54,711 nt of DNA from Anaerolinea sp. (lineage in GTDB: Bacteria > Chloroflexota > Anaerolineae > JAAEKA01). The DNA is taken from assembly GCA_014879765.1 (NCBI GenBank), contig JACSRL010000495.1, forward strand, positions 1-54,711. Direction: 5' to 3'. Below, one piece after another: positions 46,144 through 53,513 of the stretch (within the stretch, counting starts at the first letter, position 1; each line of letters begins with the position of its first letter). The position numbers were made by a program, and so were the translations under genes. Under the pieces are notes generated by a model, which was not told the DNA's origin, searched no databases, and saw only the letters and a list, made by a program, of their open reading frames with translations.

Positions 46144-46521
46144 ATGACAAACCCCGCTGACTTCTACACTCCCTACGCCGATCGCTTCAAATTGCTCGGC
46201 CATCCCGTGCGCCTGCAGATTCTGGATGACTTGCGCCGTAACCCTGAGTGCGTCTGCCATCTGGAGGCCGCCCTGCGACGTCCCCAGCCGTATATCTCGC
46301 AGCAACTGCGTGTTCTGCGTGAGGCTGGCGTTGTGGCCGATCGTAAGGATGGCCTGAACGTCTACTATCATCTGGTCGATCCTCAAACGGCGACCCTGCT
46401 CAATGCCGCGCTTGGCCCGGTGCTGCCCGAAACGAGAAACCTGCGGGAAAAGCTCCCTGACTGCACATGCCCCAAATGTGCGCCTCCCCTGGTAGCAGAG
46501 ATTACTCTGGTTGAGAGCTGA
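46144..46521 (+). CDS. ArsR/SmtB-family metal(loid)-responsive regulator with CVC site and Cys-rich tail
   Basis: Motifs LGHPVRLQILDDL, ECVCHLEAAL, PQPYISQQLRVLREAGVV and a C-terminal PDCTCPKCAPP. Confidence 0.85.
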   Translation: MTNPADFYTPYADRFKLLGHPVRLQILDDLRRNPECVCHLEAALRRPQPYISQQLRVLREAGVVADRKDGLNVYYHLVDPQTATLLNAALGPVLPETRNLREKLPDCTCPKCAPPLVAEITLVES

Positions 46522-46750
46522 CTGAGCTCTTTGCGTCGTCCCGTGTGACACTGCAAACGGCCAGCAGAAATTCGCGTTGCCGAGACTGGGGCTTGATCTG
46601 ATGTTGTCGGCACAGATCGGCCTCATCATGCTGACCGCTGACACTTGCGCATGCATGCATTGGAAGTGTGACTTCGATCACCTGTTGGCTCTTGAACTGA
46701 GGGGTGAATGATCGTCGTCCAAACATGGTTGCGATCCTTTTCGCGTACAT
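46502..46750 (-). pseudogene. remnant of an IS3-type transposase OrfA
   Basis: MYAKRIATMFGRRSFTPQFKSQQVIEV...EADLCRQHQIKPQSRQREF resembles the RRxFTxEFKxxAV HTH_Tnp_1 N-terminus. No orfB and no terminal repeats seen. Confidence 0.35.
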
Positions 46751-47019
46751 AGTGATTCAGTTAGCTGTGTGGCCAAAACTTGAAGCGCATCACTCTAGAA
46801 CCTCGCCTGTTCCTCCCACACCGGCAGCGCGCTGAAGTCCACCAGCACCGGCCGGCCGCGCTGAAAGCAGCGCTAGGCGGTTGCCACGCCCCAGGTGCCC
46901 GTGGCGCGCCAGCTGCTCGCTGAGCCCCTGGGGCAGGTGGTTCAGGACCAATAGCACCGGCCCCTACCGGCCGCCCGTCACCGAGAAGCATTGAAGTTGC
47001 ACAGTGAGGGTCAGTGGGG

Positions 47020-47650
47020 TCGAGCTACCTGGGGCCGACGGTGGGCAACTATGTCTGATCGGAGCTGGACGCCTACGTGGCCGACCGAGCGGGGTATAGC
47101 CTGCACATCGGCCTGGGCTTCAACACCGTAGACTACTCGCCCTATACCTGAGCGGCCGCGGGCGGCACGCAGTGTTGGAGCGCAGGCAACCGGGAAGACC
47201 TGATCCTGCTGCCGGCCGACATGGTGACGCCCGAAAACCAGAACGTGACCTACGTGGTCTGCTCGCTGGACAGCACGCAGCCCAACTACCGCCTGCCCAA
47301 GTATTGGAGCGACCAGTACCGGGGGGCATATTCGGACTATGTTTATGCCCTGGCTGCGCATATCAATGGCACGCCTGCGCTCAGAACAACATCGACTGGA
47401 TCGAGCTACCCATCGGCGTCTACGGCGAGCTCAACCCGGGCGTGTCAGCATCTGCATCTTCTGCCTGCTTACAAGAGTTGGGGGGTTAACACAAGTGAAG
47501 TGGGAGGCTACTGTCATCGAGATGATCGACATTTGGGTGGACGCCTTTGCCGGTTCAGGCATCGACCTGAGCTTCGAGGGCACCAACTGCTACATCGACA
47601 AGGGCAACCGCCAGCGCATGAACGACTACGCGGCCGGCCATCTGGTGAGC
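47020..47650 (+). pseudogene. decayed gene of unknown function (in-frame stops and frameshifts)
   Basis: The protein-like reading LDAYVADRAGYSLHIGLGFNTVDYSPYT*AAAGGTQCWSAGNREDLILLPADMVTPENQNVTYVVCSLDSTQPNYRLPKYWSDQYRGAYSDYVYALAAHINGTP is broken by TGA at 47056 and 47149. It continues in other frames (NNIDWIELPIGVYGELNPG, and IDLSFEGTNCYIDKGNRQRMNDYAAGH). Confidence 0.4.
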
Positions 47651-48171
47651 GGCAGCCAGGTGAAGCCAGGCTACAGAGCGCACGACGTACCAGGCGCTTG
47701 GGGTGGTTGCGAGTGCCCGTCGGGCGAGCGTAATCACGGCTTCGGGATATTTGGCCGCTTCGAAGGCCACAGCGCTGCGCAAACTGTCGATCTCGCCCCG
47801 CAAGTGCGCAATGCGTTCCAGCCGATCCGGCAGCGGCGCGAGAAGGCTTTCGGCCCGGTCCAGCAGTTCATCAGCGGGTGATCCAAGCCGTCGTTCAGCG
47901 CTTGCGTCAGGCGCGGGCGGTCAACCAGGAACCAGGTCGGCGATTACGCGCGGCCGCTGAAGCTTCGTTTGCAGCAAGGCCTGTTGGCCAATACGAGTGA
48001 TCACGGAGTTCTTGGTCAACCTGGCACAGCGTGCCTTACCACAATGGAACGTATAACATGCGCGCGCAGAAACCAGCGCACGCATCGCACAAGAGCGTTA
48101 TGGCGAGCCTGAAGCAAGATGCAACTTACAAGCGATTGTGGCAGTGCGGCAGTGCTTATCATTGGTTCATC

Positions 48172-49881
48172 TCAAAGTCCATCTTGCGTATGATATGCCG
48201 TCACCGCAGCGCGCACCGACGGATAGATGTGCTCTGTGCCAAGGCGTTTGGTCAATCCCGTCGATGTCAGGAGTTCACGCAGCGGCCCGTTCGCGCGTGC
48301 GATCCAGAGTTCAACGTTCAGGCGGTCCAGGTCCGCATCCAGGCTTTCCAGCGCCTCGGCGGCCGTCGAATCGAAATCGCTGATCGCCTCGGCGTCGAGT
48401 ATGACACACTGCAAGCCCGGCCCGGCGTTGGCGACTAACTCCGCCAGGCGCTCCGAGAAGAAGGCCGCGTTGGCAAAGACCAGCGGCGCATCGAAGCGAT
48501 AGACGATCAAGCCCGGCTCGGTCAGCGCCGTCTCTTTGTCCGCGACCTCGCGGTAGATCGTGCCGCCGGCCGCGTCCACATCATCCAGCAGAGCATCGTG
48601 CGGCCGTGAGATGTGAAAGATGACGTTGATCAGCGACAGCATGACGGCCACAAGAATGCCCTGCAGGATGCCCACGGTCAGCACGCCCAGGGCTGTCACT
48701 ATCGCCAGCCAGAACTCGGCGGGACGCACCTGTCGCAAGAAGCGAAACGCCGCCACGTCCAGCAACCCCAGCGAGGCGACAATGATCACGGCGCCCAGCA
48801 CCACGGTGGGCAGCGGCGCGAGCAGCGGTGTGAAGAAGAGCAGGAAAACGACGGTCAGCGCGGCCGCGATCAGTCCGACCCACTGCGATTTGCCGCCCAT
48901 CTGGTCGGAGACGGCCGTGCGCGAGCCGCTGGTGGCAGCAGGAAATCCGGTCAAGATCCCTGCACCAATATTGGCCATGCCGATTGCGACAAACTCCTGG
49001 TTGGCGTCGATCTTCTGGCCGTGTTTGGCCGCAAAGACGCGCGCGGTCAGGACCTCATCGGCATAGATCAGGATCGTGAGGGCCAGGGCCGCGGGCAACA
49101 GCGTAAAGACGTCCTGTACTTTGACCGCGGGGATCGCCAGGCTCGGCAGGCCGGCCGGCACGGCGCCGACGATCGCAACGCCCTTGGCCTGCAAATCGAA
49201 GACTGCTGAGACGATGATGGCGACCACCACGACGATCAGCGAGCCGGGCAAGGCGCGATTCACCCGGCGCATGATCAACAACGCCGCCATGCTAACGACG
49301 CCAATGGCGACGGTGAGCACGTGCGCTTCGTCCAGGCGGCTGATCAGCTCCGCAACCTGGCGGAAAAACTCGTCGCTCTCGAGCTTGATGCCAAACATCT
49401 TGCCCAATTGGCTGCCGATCACGATCAGGGTGGTGCCAAAGATGTAGCCCACGAGGATCGGCTTGGACAGGAAGTCGGTGATGAAACCCAGCCGCGCCGC
49501 GCGGGCCAGCAGCGCCAGCGCGCCGACGAGCAGCGCAGTCAGCGCGGCGAGCGCCGCATAGCGCACGGGATCACCGCCGGCCAATGGTGCAACTGCGGCC
49601 GCAGTCATGATCGCGGTCGTCGCTTCGGGTCCCATGATGAGCTGTTTGGACGTGCCGAAGAGCGCGTACATCACCATCGCGCCGAGCGCGACGTACAGTC
49701 CCGCGACCGGTGTGACCCCGGCCAGATCGCCGTAAGCCATGGCCGAGGGCACGAGCACCGCAAACACTGTGACGGCCACGACGAGCTCCGAGCGCAGCAG
49801 CGCGGGGTTGAACCCTCTGATCAGGGCCAGACCGGGAATGAAGCGGGCAATGCCCGTGGAGGTTGGTTGTGGTGGATTCAT
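48172..49881 (-). CDS. SulP-family anion (sulfate) permease with C-terminal STAS domain
   Basis: About 11 TM segments, with AMAYGDLAGV and AIGMANIGAGILTGFPA. STAS-like tail (VILDAEAISDFDSTAAEAL). RBS AAGGAG. Confidence 0.9.
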   Translation of the reverse strand: MNPPQPTSTGIARFIPGLALIRGFNPALLRSELVVAVTVFAVLVPSAMAYGDLAGVTPVAGLYVALGAMVMYALFGTSKQLIMGPEATTAIMTAAAVAPLAGGDPVRYAALAALTALLVGALALLARAARLGFITDFLSKPILVGYIFGTTLIVIGSQLGKMFGIKLESDEFFRQVAELISRLDEAHVLTVAIGVVSMAALLIMRRVNRALPGSLIVVVVAIIVSAVFDLQAKGVAIVGAVPAGLPSLAIPAVKVQDVFTLLPAALALTILIYADEVLTARVFAAKHGQKIDANQEFVAIGMANIGAGILTGFPAATSGSRTAVSDQMGGKSQWVGLIAAALTVVFLLFFTPLLAPLPTVVLGAVIIVASLGLLDVAAFRFLRQVRPAEFWLAIVTALGVLTVGILQGILVAVMLSLINVIFHISRPHDALLDDVDAAGGTIYREVADKETALTEPGLIVYRFDAPLVFANAAFFSERLAELVANAGPGLQCVILDAEAISDFDSTAAEALESLDADLDRLNVELWIARANGPLRELLTSTGLTKRLGTEHIYPSVRAAVTAYHTQDGL

Positions 49882-49889
49882 GGGACTCC

Positions 49890-51269
49890 TTAGGCGCCAG
49901 CCAGTTTTATCTGAAAGGCTTCACAGCTTCGTGCGATGAGCTGCCGGTCCTGCTCGATCAGGCCGCCTGCCTGGCTTTCCGCCTGGATGAGGCTGACGTG
50001 ACGAAGCAATTGCCGCCGCGCCTCAGGCGCTTTCGTCTCCTGACCCATCACGTCGATTGTTTCCAGCATGTGCAGCAGGACGCTGGCGTTGTCGCAACTG
50101 GCATGGCGGAGCATATCGAAGGCGGCGCTGAGCAGCTCGTCCAAGGTAACCGGTTCCAGAGCAAAGTCAAGCCGGTCATCCATGTCGAAGGAGAGGGCAG
50201 TGCGCTCACCCTGGCGGATGAACAGCGCCATGCCTTCGCCGATGTAATCCAGGCAGGTCATGGCCGTGAACGGGTCATTGATGGCCGGAGACATGGCGCG
50301 CACGGCCATTTCGGTGAGCTGGTTGACCGCGTACTTGACATCCTGGGTGGGAGTGCGCACGTTGCCGATCTGGAAGGCGTGACGAATCTCGCGCTCCAAT
50401 GGCTCGTCGATCTGGCTCGCGGGCCAAACCAGCGCAACCAGGCCGCCGCGCCGGACAAAATGCCCTGGCTTACGCAGCAGATGGACGACCAGATTCTTTT
50501 CCCGGGCCACGGCAGACAAGATATCCGGATCGATGTACTGAATGTAACCTGCCCTGCGAGCGCGGACCGGATAGCCTTCTGTCTCCAGCGCGCTGTTCTT
50601 GACTGTCGGGGTAGCCGGCGAGCCCTGGACATCGGTGCGCTGTTGCAGCCCGCCCCGATCGTCATCGCCACTGGTGACTTCATCCGGGATATCTGCGCTG
50701 ACAGCATCCAGCAACTCCGCGCCTGCCGCGGCTGCAATGTTGGGGGCTTGCAGCATGGTGCTGATGTGCTGGACCAGCACGATCAGCGAGGCGAAGGTCG
50801 CCAGCATCAGGTACAATCCCACCGTGGCCGTCAACTGCGGGCCTTGGGGCTGTACCTCGACCGGAGGAATGGAAAGGGCACCTGCGACGCAGTACACAAA
50901 GGCGCCCACGAACATGCCCAGAACCGATTGGGTGGTGCGATCGCCCAGGAATAGGCGCAGCAAGCGCGAGCCATACTGGGCCGCCACCGTCGACAGCGGC
51001 AGGGTGAGCAGCGTGAAGACCACACCGGCGGTGGCCAGGACGGTGCCGGCCATGTTCAACAGGGCGCTACGCAGCTCAGCTACGGTGCCGGACAGGACAA
51101 AACGGCTATTCTGTAGGGCTTCATTGGGGATACGGCTGTCCACCCAATACATGGTCCATGCCAACAGCACCGCTACCAGCGCCATGAGCGCCGGCGCGAA
51201 CCAGAAACTCACCTTCAGACGGTCCCAACGGTAACGGGCTGCGACTCTTCTCTCAGCGCGGGTTCCCAC
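49890..51269 (-). CDS. DUF2254 family membrane protein
   Basis: GTG 51269 preceded by AGGAG. N-terminal TM helices with TVAAQYGSRLLRLFLGD and a large soluble C-terminal domain. Confidence 0.75.
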   Translation of the reverse strand: MGTRAERRVAARYRWDRLKVSFWFAPALMALVAVLLAWTMYWVDSRIPNEALQNSRFVLSGTVAELRSALLNMAGTVLATAGVVFTLLTLPLSTVAAQYGSRLLRLFLGDRTTQSVLGMFVGAFVYCVAGALSIPPVEVQPQGPQLTATVGLYLMLATFASLIVLVQHISTMLQAPNIAAAAGAELLDAVSADIPDEVTSGDDDRGGLQQRTDVQGSPATPTVKNSALETEGYPVRARRAGYIQYIDPDILSAVAREKNLVVHLLRKPGHFVRRGGLVALVWPASQIDEPLEREIRHAFQIGNVRTPTQDVKYAVNQLTEMAVRAMSPAINDPFTAMTCLDYIGEGMALFIRQGERTALSFDMDDRLDFALEPVTLDELLSAAFDMLRHASCDNASVLLHMLETIDVMGQETKAPEARRQLLRHVSLIQAESQAGGLIEQDRQLIARSCEAFQIKLAGA

Positions 51270-51291
51270 GGGACACTCCTGAGCTTACGTG

Positions 51292-52578
51292 CTAGGCCGG
51301 CGTCTCAGGCGGGAGGGACTGGGCCTGAGCGGCGGCGCGGCGGGCGGCGCGCAAGGCCAGCAGCGCGGTCAGCAGGGCGCTAACAACCACGGCCACGGCG
51401 ATTACGGCCGCGGTTTCCTTCTGCACCAGGACCATCGCAAAGAGCGCTGCGAACAGCGGCGCCTTCAAAGCCGCGACCAACGCGCCCGCCATCGTCGCCG
51501 CGACGGTGACCGCCACCGGGATGCCAGGAATTACCAGGTTCACCGCCAGGCCCAACGCGACGCTGGCAAACATGATGGGGAAGATGTAGCCGCCTTTCCA
51601 GCCGGTGGCGAGCAGCAGGGAGGTAGCGAGCAGCTTGGCCAACCCTAACACGATCAGCATCAGGACGCCGATCTCAGCGGCATGGACGATCAAGTCAGCC
51701 GTCTCTGCCTCGCCCGAGAACAGCGTCAGCGGCAGCAGCGCGCCAATGATGCCCATACCCAGGCCGCCGAGCAGCCCGCGCAGCACCAGGTGCGTCCTCA
51801 TGGGCTGGAAGAGCTGTTGCAGGCGTCGGAGTGAAGCCATGAACAGCAGGCCGACCACCGCACCGATCAGGCCCAGCGGCGCGGCGTAGAGCAGATCCCG
51901 CAGACGAGGCGTATAGGCCGGAAACTGGTACAACGTCTCGAAGAAAGTCCCGCTCAGCAAGACGAACACCACCGTGGCCACGGCTGAGGCCAGCAGGCTG
52001 GGAAACAGCACCCAAAAGTAGGTCTGCTTGCCGCCTGTACCGCCCTGCGCCGATTCCAAACCCAGCAGCGCCCCGCCGATCGGATTGGTGATGAAAGCGG
52101 CGAGCATGCCGCTGACGCCGGAATAGCCCAGCGTGCGCGTCTCTTGCTCGTTGAGCTTGAGCCGGTCGGAGAGCAATGTGCCGGCGCCGCCGCAGGCGTC
52201 CGCCAGCGGCGCTTCGGGACCCAGGCTCGCGCCGGAGACGAGCGACACGAAGGCGGTAAGGACGATGCCGGGCGCGTTGCGATACTCGAAACGGCCGGTC
52301 TTGCCAAACTCGAGCATCAGGTCGGCAAAGATGGCGTTGTGGTCGCCAAAGCGCTTGACCAGCAGCCCGACGAGCAGGCCGCCCAGGGCGCAGACGAGCA
52401 GGGTGAAAAGGCGCGTATCCAGCCCCAGCGCTGATGCCGCTCGCTCCCAGACCAGCGCCGTGCCCTGATGCACCAGGGCGACAAACACAAAGGTGACCAG
52501 GGCGCTGATCAGGCCCAGCACGACGACGAGCGCCATGAGCTTGATATAGGCTGCTGGTCGGGCTTGGGGATCGATCAT
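51292..52578 (-). CDS. ClC-family voltage-gated chloride channel/antiporter
   Basis: Motifs GASLGPEAP (GxEGP-like), GGALLGLE and GGYIFPIMF. About 10 TM helices. Confidence 0.9.
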   Translation of the reverse strand: MIDPQARPAAYIKLMALVVVLGLISALVTFVFVALVHQGTALVWERAASALGLDTRLFTLLVCALGGLLVGLLVKRFGDHNAIFADLMLEFGKTGRFEYRNAPGIVLTAFVSLVSGASLGPEAPLADACGGAGTLLSDRLKLNEQETRTLGYSGVSGMLAAFITNPIGGALLGLESAQGGTGGKQTYFWVLFPSLLASAVATVVFVLLSGTFFETLYQFPAYTPRLRDLLYAAPLGLIGAVVGLLFMASLRRLQQLFQPMRTHLVLRGLLGGLGMGIIGALLPLTLFSGEAETADLIVHAAEIGVLMLIVLGLAKLLATSLLLATGWKGGYIFPIMFASVALGLAVNLVIPGIPVAVTVAATMAGALVAALKAPLFAALFAMVLVQKETAAVIAVAVVVSALLTALLALRAARRAAAQAQSLPPETPA

Positions 52579-52714
52579 AGTGGGGCCTTCCTCATGATCT
52601 TGCCATTGAACTTGAACGGAGTCTTGTCATGCCGCAGGCGCAATTGCGCCGTTGGTCAGGCGTGGCCGCCGGCAGGACAGAAGCGCTGTTGCCGGCAGCC
52701 ACGCCGTGTACCTG

Positions 52715-52951
52715 CTAGCGCAACAGTCCGACGCCATTGCGGCGTCCGCCGACCCCGCCGACAGGACCGGGGGGATTCGGTCCACGGCCGACTCCGCCAA
52801 CTGGGCCTGGAGGATTCGGTCCGCGGCCGACTCCGCCGACAGGTCCCGGTGGATTGGGCCCCCGCCCGACTCCGCCTACAGGCCCCGGAGGGTTACCGGC
52901 GCCAACTCCGCCAACAGGTCCCGGTGGATTAGGTCCTCTTCTACCTGGCAT
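52715..52951 (-). CDS. 78-aa Gly/Pro-rich tandem-repeat peptide (5 x GPNPPGPVGGVGR)
   Basis: ATG 52951 preceded by AAAGGAGAA. Sequence is MPGRRGPNPPGPVGGVGAGNPPGPVGGVGRGPNPPGPVGGVGRGPNPPGPVGGVGRGPNPPGPVGGVGGRRNGVGLLR. DNA differences among repeats fall on third codon positions of this frame. Confidence 0.6.
   Translation of the reverse strand: MPGRRGPNPPGPVGGVGAGNPPGPVGGVGRGPNPPGPVGGVGRGPNPPGPVGGVGRGPNPPGPVGGVGGRRNGVGLLR
52751..52942. repeat. five tandem 36-39-nt DNA repeats underlying the Gly/Pro peptide
   Basis: Units start at 52751, 52790, 52829, 52868 (36 nt) and 52904, each beginning GACYCCGCC or AACTCCGCC on the plus strand. Confidence 0.9.
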
Positions 52952-53001
52952 AATGGGTTCTCCTTTGTGACTATACGGCCTTAGGTGCTGGATGGTGTGC
53001 G

Positions 53002-53427
53002 CTAATCCGCGCTCATTGCCTGTACGAACTCTTCGACGATTTCGGGCGCGATCTGGGCGCGCTCCACCAGGAAGCCGCCGGCATCTACAACGGCCTGGCG
53101 GAGATGGGCTACCCACAGATTCTCCCACAAGATGAGCATGGCCGCCGACTTGTTGGGCAGCTTGCGCGCAGCGATTTCCAGGTCGTCGTTCGTGAAGAGG
53201 CTGGAAACGTGCTCGCCCATCGGGACGAACATCTCATACGATTTGGGGTCGAGATCGTTGAGCTCGACGGTGCGGATGGCGCCGTCCTCCTCCTTGTGGA
53301 TGAAGACGATGTCCACAAAGCGCACGATGCCGCGTTCCGCCAGGTCCAGCAGCTCGGGAACGATCTTGCCGGTAGGCTCGGCGTTCTCGAAGGCGATCAA
53401 GGCATATTCCAGGGGAAGGTCGAACAT
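53002..53427 (-). CDS. DUF6325/DUF1269-like stress-associated protein (141 aa)
   Basis: Motifs EYALIAFENAEPTGKIVPELLDLAERGIVRFVDIVFIHKEEDGAIRTVELNDLD and AAMLILWENLWVAHL. RBS AAGGAG. Family assignment is from memory. Confidence 0.6.
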   Translation of the reverse strand: MFDLPLEYALIAFENAEPTGKIVPELLDLAERGIVRFVDIVFIHKEEDGAIRTVELNDLDPKSYEMFVPMGEHVSSLFTNDDLEIAARKLPNKSAAMLILWENLWVAHLRQAVVDAGGFLVERAQIAPEIVEEFVQAMSAD

Positions 53428-53448
53428 TGGCTGGCTCCTTGGGTTGGC

Positions 53449-53479
53449 GCCCGCAGGGTTCTTTATGAACCCTGCGGGC
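53449..53479. repeat. 12-bp-stem hairpin after the arylsulfatase gene
   Basis: GCCCGCAGGGTT, loop CTTTATG, then AACCCTGCGGGC. No clear U-run on the minus strand. Confidence 0.7.
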
Positions 53480-53513
53480 TTCGAATGTTGCTTGCGACAA
53501 GTCGCACCCGGCG

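Noticed and set aside
45997-46656. 219-aa minus-strand ORF spanning the arsR-type gene and its promoter
   Set aside because: It runs antisense to a clear ArsR-family gene (HTH plus CVC motif) and through an AT-richer promoter region. It has no RBS and no motifs.
47650-47950. Calling the MalT/LuxR-like minus-strand fragment as a gene
   Set aside because: Only about 80 residues look protein-like. There is no start, no HTH and no ATPase part, and it overlaps another decayed reading on the plus strand. It is reported only as debris in the findings.
52652-52984. Plus-strand ORFs (110 aa and 77 aa) across the tandem repeats, one with very high GC3
   Set aside because: Differences between repeat units are non-synonymous in both plus frames (DPADRTGGIRSTA vs DSANWAWRIRSAA vs DSADRSRWIGPPP) but synonymous in the minus frame. 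There is no RBS or ATG. The high GC3 is a by-product of the Gly/Pro codons on the other strand.
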